A DNA stretch of 61,087 bases from Candidatus Woesearchaeota archaeon (GTDB lineage Archaea; Nanobdellota; Nanobdellia; Woesearchaeales; WJIZ01), in assembly GCA_018221205.1 (NCBI GenBank), contig JAAOYF010000027.1:1-61087 (forward strand). Reading direction: 5' to 3'. Below the pieces are notes generated by a model. That model worked only from the letters and a program-made list of their open reading frames with translations. It did no database searches and had not been told where the DNA came from. The translations under genes and the position numbers were made by a program. Each line of letters opens with the position of its first letter. Positions within the stretch are counted from its first letter, which is position 1. This document shows positions 19,679 to 26,968 of this stretch, piece after piece.

Positions 19679-20174
19679 AGAAGGGAGGAGAAAAGGGGGA
19701 GAACGTAAGAAAAAGGTAATCAGAGGATTCTTGGATACGCTGGAAAAGCAGCATATTTCCCGTAATGAACTTATACGATTTCTCCATGATGACAGAAAGA
19801 GCATCACTCAAGTCCCGGTCTCTTTATTCTCTTGTTCTTTGAGCCCTTTACAGGCTTTGGTGAAATACCTAAAGGAGCGTAGCTTGAGCTATCTTGAGAT
19901 CTCAAGGCTGTTAGGAAGGGATGAGCGGACAATATGGAACAGCTTCAGGCAAGCACAGTCGAAGCACCCTTCTGCTTTACATCCTGAGAAATCGAAATAC
20001 TCTATCTCTATTGTGCTATTCAGGGATAGATCATTGAGCATTCTTGAGCATCTTTGCGAGCATCTATATGAGTATCATGGACTGAGCTATCATGGCATTG
20101 CCCTTCTTCTGGGGAAGGATGACCGTACGATCTGGACAGTGTGCAAGAGAGCTGAGAGGAAAAGAAATGAATAG
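19671..20174 (+). CDS. Tandem helix-turn-helix DNA-binding protein (two sigma-70 region-4/LuxR-like repeats)
   Basis: 167-aa ORF with an internal duplication: LQALVKYLKERSLSYLEISRLLGRDERTIWNSFRQAQSK and SILEHLCEHLYEYHGLSYHGIALLLGKDDRTIWTVCKRAERK. It is a paralog of 55817..56278. Confidence 0.65.
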   Translation: MSIEGRRKGGERKKKVIRGFLDTLEKQHISRNELIRFLHDDRKSITQVPVSLFSCSLSPLQALVKYLKERSLSYLEISRLLGRDERTIWNSFRQAQSKHPSALHPEKSKYSISIVLFRDRSLSILEHLCEHLYEYHGLSYHGIALLLGKDDRTIWTVCKRAERKRNE

Positions 20175-20868
20175 AGCTAGAGTTATTTGGGTGGTGATTT
20201 TCTTAGTTACCCTGCTCAGCTTCAGCTATGCTATATCTCCAAATCCTCCAGACATCCTCTTCAATATCACCTCGAGCGGGCCTTCACAGACCATGGGGAG
20301 CATGCTCAACACCACTGGAGGAACGATCAGCACAGTGAATTTCTTCACGAAAACCCAGAATCCACGGTGGAAAGGCTTTGTCGGAAACATCACCGGCAAA
20401 TTTGCGCTGCAGGATGCGAACAATTTCAGCCTGTATGACTGGACCATCACTATAGTGCAGGGTGAAATCTATGCAACCAGAAATTCTGGTACGGTCGACT
20501 GGCCTAATATCGACTGCGCAACCTACCAGAACATCAGCTTTGAGCAGACTGATCTAGGATTCCTGAAAGGAGATGCCGATAGCATCAATAATACTTTCAA
20601 TGAGACTGCCCATGACCAGTTCTATGCCGGTGATACGCTCATCTCGGTCAACAGCTGCCCATCAACGAATCTTACTGTGAACACCACAGAGGTAGGACTG
20701 TTCCAGGAGCTCCTTCTTTTCGAGCAGAACATCATCTATACTGGATTGTTGGAAGATGCAGAGATAGGATTTAGCGGAGAACCCTATGATTATCAGCTCA
20801 TTGTCCCAGAGAATACAAACCAGAGCAAGGCAAGTGAACTTTATTATTTCTATATCGAGCTCATATAA
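20167..20868 (+). CDS. Secreted W-x-G-F-x-G-N-I-T-G family protein, paralog 3
   Basis: Start set at MNRARVIWVVIFLVTLLSFSYA, overlapping the HTH gene end by 8 nt. Core motif RWKGFVGNITGKFALQDANNFSLYDWTITIVQGEIYATR. C-terminal motifs YDYQLIVPE and YYFYIELI followed by the stop. Confidence 0.75.
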   Translation: MNRARVIWVVIFLVTLLSFSYAISPNPPDILFNITSSGPSQTMGSMLNTTGGTISTVNFFTKTQNPRWKGFVGNITGKFALQDANNFSLYDWTITIVQGEIYATRNSGTVDWPNIDCATYQNISFEQTDLGFLKGDADSINNTFNETAHDQFYAGDTLISVNSCPSTNLTVNTTEVGLFQELLLFEQNIIYTGLLEDAEIGFSGEPYDYQLIVPENTNQSKASELYYFYIELI

Positions 20869-20905
20869 AGAAACATTTAAATAAAGCATATCTCAATTTT
20901 AGGAC

Positions 20906-21199
20906 ATGGCAATGGAGTTTGTTGAGGGATTACTGAAGATCACCAATGTGGTGCTGTCTCTCGGAGCAGGCTATATCGCGCTCAAGCTCTTTGTGTTCAG
21001 TAAGGAGAAGAGACTGATGGCCTGGCAGCCGCTTATCTTTGCTTTAGTCTTCTTTGTGGTGCAAGAAATCCTCGGAGCGTTACGTGCATTCAACATCTAC
21101 AGCTCTCCTTTTCTGACGCATGTCGTCCCAAGCGTCATCTTAGCATTCCTCATCTATGCATTAGCATTGCAGATCCATATCCAATCAGTCGAAAAATGA
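20906..21199 (+). CDS. Small 3-TM membrane protein (paralog a)
   Basis: 97-aa ORF with three hydrophobic helices. It shares its helix pattern with the next ORF and overlaps it (ATGA). Confidence 0.5.
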   Translation: MAMEFVEGLLKITNVVLSLGAGYIALKLFVFSKEKRLMAWQPLIFALVFFVVQEILGALRAFNIYSSPFLTHVVPSVILAFLIYALALQIHIQSVEK

Positions 21200-21501
21200 T
21201 ACCAGTAGACCAAGCATTAGGATTAGTGGCGCCTTACTATAATCTTACTCTCGTCGTCATAGTCATTGCCCTATTCGTCGCCCTGTTCCGCTATAAAGAG
21301 ACGAAGACGTTTATGCTGCCCTGGAGATTATTGTTCAACGCAGTCCTTATCTATGTATTTGAACAAGTGCTGGCAGTCCTTGACATCATGGGAATCATCC
21401 CTGTTCCGAGAATCTTTTTCGGCATCTTTGAGTTTGCGATCATCACAATTTTCATCTATCTGCTCCTAGTACAACAACAATATATCGCGAAAAATGCATA
21501 A
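21196..21501 (+). CDS. Small 3-TM membrane protein (paralog b)
   Basis: 101-aa ORF with the same architecture as 20906..21199 (K..K..M..W..L.F...V...V.E.L). It overlaps the pilin-like ORF. Confidence 0.5.
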   Translation: MIPVDQALGLVAPYYNLTLVVIVIALFVALFRYKETKTFMLPWRLLFNAVLIYVFEQVLAVLDIMGIIPVPRIFFGIFEFAIITIFIYLLLVQQQYIAKNA

Positions 21502-21742
21502 GAAAGCACTATCACCACTGGTTGCGACCGTTCTTTTAGTAGTGTTCGCTCTCATCGTGGGCACAGCGACGATGAGCTGGGCGAACAACAAGGCGACTAT
21601 CGGCGAGGATGATAATCCTGTCTCGATCGTCATCGATTTCAAGAAAGTCGATACCCCACTGAAGAGACTGCAGATCGACTATATCACTGATGAGATCACC
21701 TTAGAAGAATATCTTGAGAAAGAACAAGAACTTTTAGGATGA
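21494..21742 (+). CDS. Archaeal type IV pilin-like protein (class III signal peptide)
   Basis: 82-aa ORF starting MHKKALSPLVATVLLVVFALIVG. This matches the K-[GA]-[LI]-S-P-[VI/LV]-[IA]-T-V-L-L prepilin-peptidase substrate motif of archaeal pilins and flagellin-like proteins. Confidence 0.7.
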   Translation: MHKKALSPLVATVLLVVFALIVGTATMSWANNKATIGEDDNPVSIVIDFKKVDTPLKRLQIDYITDEITLEEYLEKEQELLG

Positions 21743-21994
21743 TACTTTTTCTAACAACGAGACGATATTCCAGATCTGAGTCCGGATGTAGGGCTGCAGA
21801 TTGTTATCATCGCCGACTTCATCAAGCTCATGCAGGGCCTGATTGACCATGACAGAAATTTCAGTTGATTTCTTTAATGAGTTACACACGTCCTGGAACT
21901 TTGCCTTGACATTTCTAGGTATAGAACCCTCTTCGCAGAGTTCAGTAAGCACATCGATTATCTCCTTTAATTGCTCTTTTTGCTGCATGTTCAC
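21734..21994 (-). CDS. UPF0147 family protein
   Basis: 86-aa ORF. IPRNVKAKFQDV...LHELDEVGDDNNLQPYIRTQIWNIVSLLE matches the conserved archaeal UPF0147 pattern. Confidence 0.7.
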   Translation of the reverse strand: MNMQQKEQLKEIIDVLTELCEEGSIPRNVKAKFQDVCNSLKKSTEISVMVNQALHELDEVGDDNNLQPYIRTQIWNIVSLLEKVSS

Positions 21995-22326
21995 TCATCT
22001 TTGATCTTGTCCATTACTTCTGATCTCAATGACTCGGCTTTCTTCTTGATGCTCTCTTCCTGCTTCTCGAGACTCTTCAGTCTCATATCCAATGCAGACT
22101 TCTTCTCGTCGAGATCCTTTATCACATCATCTTTCTTTGCCTTGACCATGACATTTCCCACGATCTTATAGGATTCAGAAGACTTCTCGAGTTCTTTCAA
22201 CGCAGATTCAATCTCGATCAATTGTCCTTGAAATTGCTGCTTTTGCATAAGAAGGTTCTGCAGGCTTTGCTCATAGAGCTGTAATTGGCTAATCTTTTCC
22301 TCTGCTTCTTTCGAATCTTTTTCCAT
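21991..22326 (-). CDS. pfdB: Prefoldin beta subunit
   Basis: 111-aa coiled-coil/beta-hairpin/coiled-coil protein (QLQLYEQSLQNLLMQKQQ...YKIVGNVMVKAKKDDV...LEKQEESIKKK). It lies in the conserved Pcc1-RpoP-L37Ae neighbourhood. Confidence 0.85.
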   Translation of the reverse strand: MEKDSKEAEEKISQLQLYEQSLQNLLMQKQQFQGQLIEIESALKELEKSSESYKIVGNVMVKAKKDDVIKDLDEKKSALDMRLKSLEKQEESIKKKAESLRSEVMDKIKDE

Positions 22327-22327
22327 T

Positions 22328-22555
22328 TTACAGCTTTTTTGCCTTTTCGATGATCTGTAGGATCTTTATGACGGTATTTGCAGAAGCCCTCAATGCAGTG
22401 GCATCTGCTGCGTCGATAATGAATATGATCTTGTCTTTCTTCTTTTCTATCTTGAGCTCTGAACGGTCTTTCTTGTCTGCTTCGACCTTGATAACCTTAA
22501 AGAGCTTATCTGCGTCTTTGGTATGGAAATCAAGTGCTAAGTGATATGTTTTCAT
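22328..22555 (-). CDS. pcc1: KEOPS complex subunit Pcc1-like
   Basis: 75-aa ORF with ADATALRASANTVIKILQIIEKA, typical of Pcc1/CTAG. Supported by the conserved archaeal gene order. Confidence 0.65.
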   Translation of the reverse strand: MKTYHLALDFHTKDADKLFKVIKVEADKKDRSELKIEKKKDKIIFIIDAADATALRASANTVIKILQIIEKAKKL

Positions 22556-22689
22556 CGTGCCTTGACTATCGTCCCAGTAGAGCGAGGCTTGAATAAGATC
22601 TTGCTTCCGCAGTATGGGCAGCGCACTTTTTTTCTCAAGTAGTCATCAGCAACCTTTTTATTGCACTCAAAGCATTTGTATTCGGTCAT
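22552..22689 (-). CDS. rpoP: DNA-directed RNA polymerase subunit P (Rpo12)
   Basis: Not in the track. Hand translation gives MTEYKCFECNKKVADDYLRKKVRCPYCGSKILFKPRSTGTIVKAR, with a CxxC...CxxC zinc ribbon. ATGA overlaps occur at both ends. Confidence 0.8.
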   Translation of the reverse strand: MTEYKCFECNKKVADDYLRKKVRCPYCGSKILFKPRSTGTIVKAR

Positions 22690-22940
22690 TCTTTAACCTC
22701 GGTCTTTTCAGAAGACCCTACAATCTTCACACCTGGAGTGTAGGCCTTTCCTGTAAATTTTACATCGCATTTCCGGCATTTCCATATGCCGACAGCAATT
22801 CTTTTCACTGCTTCCTTATTGCAGTAAGGACATTTATGGAGCTTGCGCTGTTCTTTCTCTATCTTGGCGAAATTATGCCTAGCGGTACGGCCGTATCGTG
22901 AGCCGAATCGTTTCATTGATCCTAATTTTTCGTCTGCCAT
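22686..22940 (-). CDS. rpl37ae: 50S ribosomal protein L37Ae (eL43)
   Basis: Start set at MADEKLGSMKRFGSRYGRTARH. Zinc ribbon CPYCNK...CRKCDVKF. The track's longer ORF (to 22994) extends into repeat/insert sequence. Confidence 0.85.
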   Translation of the reverse strand: MADEKLGSMKRFGSRYGRTARHNFAKIEKEQRKLHKCPYCNKEAVKRIAVGIWKCRKCDVKFTGKAYTPGVKIVGSSEKTEVKE

Positions 22941-22941
22941 T

Positions 22942-23050
22942 TTAAATATAACATATGGGCCTACCCATAACAACTGGTTACGCCCGGTTGACATGCAATG
23001 AGGGTTTCGCTTCGCTCAAGCCCTCTTAAATATAACATATGGGCCTACCC
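22942..23050. repeat. Element A: 25-nt perfect direct repeat pair flanking a 59-nt hairpin insert
   Basis: ttaaatataacatatgggcctaccc occurs at 22942..22966 and at 23026..23050. The insert (22967..23025) ends in the hairpin GAGGG-TTTCGCTTCGCTCAAG-CCCTC. The repeat contains the tRNA 3' end plus an AT-rich box. Confidence 0.9.
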
Positions 23051-23143
23051 GGAAATTCACGATAGTCTTCACGACCAATCGTTTTGAACCGGGGTCGTCT
23101 GGTCCCAAACCAGAAAGGATGTTCCAAGCTACCCCATAGGCCC
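23040..23143 (-). tRNA. tRNA-Pro(UGG)-like gene with a ~29-nt insertion (putative non-canonical intron) in the T-loop
   Basis: Hand fold of the minus strand. Acceptor stem GGGCCTA/TAGGCCC plus discriminator A. D-arm GGGT-AGCTTGGAAC-ATCC. Anticodon arm TCTGG-TTTGGGA-CCAGA. T-stem CCCGG/CCGGG enclosing TTCAAA[ACGATTGGTCGTGAAGACTATCGTGAATT]T. There is one extra nt between the D and anticodon arms in this fold. Confidence 0.55.
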
Positions 23144-23185
23144 GTATGAGATGATATTGAAACTTCAGGGGCTTTATAAAGCTTA

Positions 23186-24160
23186 CTATGACCTTTTACT
23201 CGATAAAACTCCTGCCATGACCAAAGGGAATGCTATGGTCGCATCGCAACTCACTTTCACTTGCACAGCATCTGGTTTGATCTTTCCCCATGTCACTGCT
23301 TCATCTGTCGAAGCGCCCGAATCAGAGCCGTCAAACTCAGCTCCAGTATTGATGTAGACAGCGTAATCAGTGCCGTCCCTGAAAATCTGCGCGTTCAACG
23401 CATAATGCTTTGCTGTTCCGCCTCCTAAGATGATGACTCCTGTCTTTTTTGCATGGAGGCATATGTTGACAATCTTGTTCATGTCTTCGACAATATCAAC
23501 CTGGAATTTCTTATTCCTCTGCTTCTCGAAGAAGAGAAGATCTCCAAAAGCCCCATCTGTCAATGCTGGACAGAAGACAGGGATATTGTTTTTTGTTGCC
23601 CAGTGCAAAACTGAATCTTTTTCTTTGACTTCTTTTCCAAGAAGATTCAGTATTTCGGATGCGCAGAGGGCTTTATTCGAGATCTTTTTCAGGAATGGAT
23701 TCATGAATTTCTCGAAATAAGTGTAGCGATCATTGGTGACGAAGATATTTCCAGTACGATTCACGCCTTTCTCAAAAAGATACTTACCATCTGCATCGAA
23801 CGAACCTAAGACAAACGGCTTTAATGATTTTATAACGTCTTCTTCGATACCGCCAGCTGTTGTAATGATAGCATGGACTAGTTTATGCTCGACGAGATAT
23901 CTGATAATTTCTCTGTTGCCGGAAGTGACCATATTTGAGGTGAAGGCAAGGAAGATGGTTGCTTTTTCCCTTATCATCGCTTTTATTGTCTCTATCGCTT
24001 TTCCAAGATTCGTTGCCTGGAAGCCTGTTGTGGAAAAAGATTTCATGAATCTCTCAAAAGAGAACTTTTTGTTGAAATCATAGCCTTTGATATGCGGCAG
24101 ATGATCTAGGTTGATGTTCTCTACCGGAATATAGCCGTTCTTTGTTTGTTGCATCTGCAT
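23186..24160 (-). CDS. dys: Deoxyhypusine synthase
   Basis: 324-aa ORF with ILGGGTAKHY and TGAEFDGSDSGASTDEAVTWGKIK motifs of DHS. aIF5A is encoded 2 kb away. Confidence 0.9.
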   Translation of the reverse strand: MQMQQTKNGYIPVENINLDHLPHIKGYDFNKKFSFERFMKSFSTTGFQATNLGKAIETIKAMIREKATIFLAFTSNMVTSGNREIIRYLVEHKLVHAIITTAGGIEEDVIKSLKPFVLGSFDADGKYLFEKGVNRTGNIFVTNDRYTYFEKFMNPFLKKISNKALCASEILNLLGKEVKEKDSVLHWATKNNIPVFCPALTDGAFGDLLFFEKQRNKKFQVDIVEDMNKIVNICLHAKKTGVIILGGGTAKHYALNAQIFRDGTDYAVYINTGAEFDGSDSGASTDEAVTWGKIKPDAVQVKVSCDATIAFPLVMAGVLSSKRS

Positions 24161-24309
24161 ACTATCACCTATTGATTATTCATTTAATTAATAGAATGAG
24201 CTTAAGACCCGCGTTTCCTGACGGTTGACATAATAAAGAGGATGCTTATATGATATATAAAGTTATGGCTGGCAAACTTTTAAATAGCTAGTCTAAAACT
24301 CAAAGAGCT

Positions 24310-25410
24310 ATGTCATTGACAGAAAAACAAAGGCACGACTTGAAGAAGTTCATCAAAGAATTAGATCAATATAGGGGCAGGCATACAGAATTCGTCTCGG
24401 TCCTTATTCCTCAAGGCTATGATATGAACAAAGTCATCAATCATCTGCAGCAAGAACAGGGCACGGCCACTAACATCAAGTCCACTGCTACCCGGAAGAA
24501 TGTCATAGATTCTCTGGAAAGGATGGTGCAGCATCTACGATTGTTCAAGAATACTCCTGAAAACGGCCTTGCTGTCTACTCTGGCAACATCGCTTCGAAA
24601 GAAGGCCAGCAAAACTTGAAAGTGTGGAGCATCGAACCACCTGTCCCTCTCAAAATGAGGATCTATCGATGCGATAAGGATTTTAAGATAGAAGTTCTTC
24701 GACAGATGCTCGATGTGAAAGAAGTTTTTGGGTTGATCGTCCTTGATAGGAGAGATGCAAACATCGCATTGCTCAAAGGAAAATCTATCATCCCTTTGGT
24801 CAAGACCCACAGCGAAGTTCCGGGAAAGTTCAGGGCAGGCGGCCAGTCAGCTCCCCGATTTGCGCGATTACGAGAGGGTGCTGCAAAGGACCATTATAAG
24901 AAAGTGGCGGACTATGCGAAAGAGCAGTTCTTGAATTTTGAAGGATTAAAAGGTATCATTGTCGGCGGTCCTGGACCGACGAAGCACGATTTTCTCGACG
25001 GTGGCTATCTGACGAATGAGATCCGGAAAAAAGTGATTGCTGTCAGAGATCTGAGCTATACAGGTGATTTCGGCATGGAGGAACTGCTGCAGAAATCAGA
25101 GGATGTCTTGGCTGCAGAAGAGGTCTCTGAGGAGAAGAAGATTGTAGGCAGGTTCTTTGACGGGCTTGCTAAGAAGCCAGGAGAAGTCAGCTATGGGGAA
25201 AAGGATGTGATGGAAAAGCTGAAGATGGGCGCAGTCGATATCTTGATGCTTTCTGAGAGCCTTGATGACGCGAAGATCGAAGAATTTGAAGACGAAGCCA
25301 AGAAGTTAGGTACAGATGTAAGAATAATCTCTACTGAAACAAGAGAAGGAGTGCAGCTCAAAGAGATGGGCAAAGTCGCTGCCCTGCTTCGATATGATGT
25401 CGGGCATTAA
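24310..25410 (+). CDS. prf1: Peptide chain release factor aRF1
   Basis: 366-aa ORF with the NIKS motif (TATNIKS) and the GGQ motif (AGGQSAPRFARL). Confidence 0.9.
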   Translation: MSLTEKQRHDLKKFIKELDQYRGRHTEFVSVLIPQGYDMNKVINHLQQEQGTATNIKSTATRKNVIDSLERMVQHLRLFKNTPENGLAVYSGNIASKEGQQNLKVWSIEPPVPLKMRIYRCDKDFKIEVLRQMLDVKEVFGLIVLDRRDANIALLKGKSIIPLVKTHSEVPGKFRAGGQSAPRFARLREGAAKDHYKKVADYAKEQFLNFEGLKGIIVGGPGPTKHDFLDGGYLTNEIRKKVIAVRDLSYTGDFGMEELLQKSEDVLAAEEVSEEKKIVGRFFDGLAKKPGEVSYGEKDVMEKLKMGAVDILMLSESLDDAKIEEFEDEAKKLGTDVRIISTETREGVQLKEMGKVAALLRYDVGH

Positions 25411-25440
25411 TTTATTAAGTTCTGAATCTTTTCAATACTT

Positions 25441-26094
25441 ATGATTGTCGAGAAAGCATATCTGGAGCTGTATCCTAAAGGGAAATTAGGGGATTATTCT
25501 TTTTCTATCGCCTATTCAGGAAAATTCAGCGACTATAACGCCAATGTCTCCCGCAAAGGAAAAGTTATCCGATTCAATCTCAGCAGGAAATGGGAAGAGA
25601 TCAATGATGATGTCAAGATGGGCCTTATCCAATTCCTGATGAACAAGCTGTTTGGTACGAAGAAGCATACCCAGCATATGGAACTGTATGATATCTTCCT
25701 GAAAAAGGTGCATATCGCGGTTCCCAAGACTAAAACTGATCCTATCCTGGCAGAATCCTTCGATCGCGTGAATGATGCCTATCTATATGGATTGATAGAA
25801 AAGCCTAATCTGGAATGGGGCACAGATAGTTTCCATAAATTGGGCAGTTATGAATATGGAAGCGACACTATCACTATCAGTACAATCCTAGTTGGGGATA
25901 AGGAATCATTAGATTATGTGATGTACCATGAAATGCTGCATAAGAAGCATAAGTTCAAGACCAAAAATGGCCGGAGCTACCATCATACTAAGGAATTTCT
26001 CGCTGAGGAGAGGAAATTCAAGGATTTTGATGATGTGGATAAGAAGATTAACCGCTTAGTCAGGCGAAAAAAAGGTTTTAAAGCGTTCTTTTAG
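25441..26094 (+). CDS. SprT/DUF45-like zinc metallopeptidase
   Basis: 217-aa ORF with a single HExxH motif (YVMYHEMLHKKHKF) near the C-terminus, as in YgjP/DUF45/SprT-like proteins. Confidence 0.5.
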   Translation: MIVEKAYLELYPKGKLGDYSFSIAYSGKFSDYNANVSRKGKVIRFNLSRKWEEINDDVKMGLIQFLMNKLFGTKKHTQHMELYDIFLKKVHIAVPKTKTDPILAESFDRVNDAYLYGLIEKPNLEWGTDSFHKLGSYEYGSDTITISTILVGDKESLDYVMYHEMLHKKHKFKTKNGRSYHHTKEFLAEERKFKDFDDVDKKINRLVRRKKGFKAFF

Positions 26095-26132
26095 CCGAAA
26101 TATTTAAAAAACAGCCCTGATTCAAGAAATAG

Positions 26133-26342
26133 ATGGCAGAACGTCTTATTCCATTGGCAGCGATGGAAAAAATCATGAAAGAAGCTGGTGCTTTACGTGT
26201 AGCAGATGATGCTAAGATAGCCCTGAAGCAGCTCATTGAAGAGAAAGCTGAAGAACTATCCAAGAGGGCAATCAAGTTTGCCTCGCACGCCGGCAGGAAG
26301 ACTGTCAAGGCAGGAGACATCAAATTAGCGATAAAAGAATAA
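26133..26342 (+). CDS. Archaeal histone (HMf family)
   Basis: 69-aa histone-fold protein: PLAAMEKIMKEAGALRVADDAKIALKQLIEEKAEELSKRAIKFASHAGRKTVKAGDIKLA. Confidence 0.9.
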   Translation: MAERLIPLAAMEKIMKEAGALRVADDAKIALKQLIEEKAEELSKRAIKFASHAGRKTVKAGDIKLAIKE

Positions 26343-26377
26343 CCTTTTAAATCAAGACAAAGTTCAAGGTAATCATT

Positions 26378-26776
26378 ATGGGCGAAACAAAACCAGTAAG
26401 TATCGGAGGCCTGAAGAAAGGAAACTATATCGTCATTGAAGAAGTGGCGTGCAAAGTGAGCGATATACAGGTGAGCAGGCCAGGAAAGCATGGCCACGCG
26501 AAGATACGTCTTACGGGTGTGGGTCTGATGGATGGCAAGAAAAGGATAATTGTCGCTCCTGGCCATGATAATGTCGATACACCCATTGTTGAGAAGAGGA
26601 CTGCCCAGGTACTTTCTCTTTCCGGCGACAAAGCCAATGTGATGGATAATGAATCATATGAGACATTTGATCTGGATATCCCTGCTGAATTAAAAGAACA
26701 ATGCAAAGACGGTGTACAAATCCTCTATTGGATCATTCTTGATGATAAAGTCATGAAACAGGTGCAAAATGGTTAA
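26378..26776 (+). CDS. eif5a: Translation initiation factor 5A
   Basis: 132-aa ORF with the hypusine loop SRPGKHGHAKIR. Confidence 0.9.
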   Translation: MGETKPVSIGGLKKGNYIVIEEVACKVSDIQVSRPGKHGHAKIRLTGVGLMDGKKRIIVAPGHDNVDTPIVEKRTAQVLSLSGDKANVMDNESYETFDLDIPAELKEQCKDGVQILYWIILDDKVMKQVQNG

Positions 26777-26930
26777 ATTCGCAGAAGCAGAAACCCGAAG
26801 GTTCAAGAATATCTTTGTCTGTAGAGTCTGCAAGTCGAAGGTTCGTGCCCCTAACCTGAAAGTCATCCAAGGCAAGATCAGCTGCAGGAAATGCGGCAGC
26901 AAGCAGTTAAGGACTCTTAAGAAGAAATAA
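26769..26930 (+). CDS. rpl40e: 50S ribosomal protein L40e
   Basis: Not in the track. Hand translation gives MVKFAEAETRRFKNIFVCRVCKSKVRAPNLKVIQGKISCRKCGSKQLRTLKKK (CxxC...CxxC). It overlaps the aIF5A stop. Confidence 0.8.
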   Translation: MVKFAEAETRRFKNIFVCRVCKSKVRAPNLKVIQGKISCRKCGSKQLRTLKKK

Positions 26931-26968
26931 AGCGAATATTTAAAAAGAGCCTTCTGTATTTTCTCATA

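Noticed and set aside
22941-22994. 18-codon N-terminal extension of L37Ae (MSTGRNQLLWVGPYVIFK...)
   Set aside because: The extension lies entirely in insert A and repeat sequence. L37Ae homologs begin close to the MADEKLGSMKRFGSRYG position.
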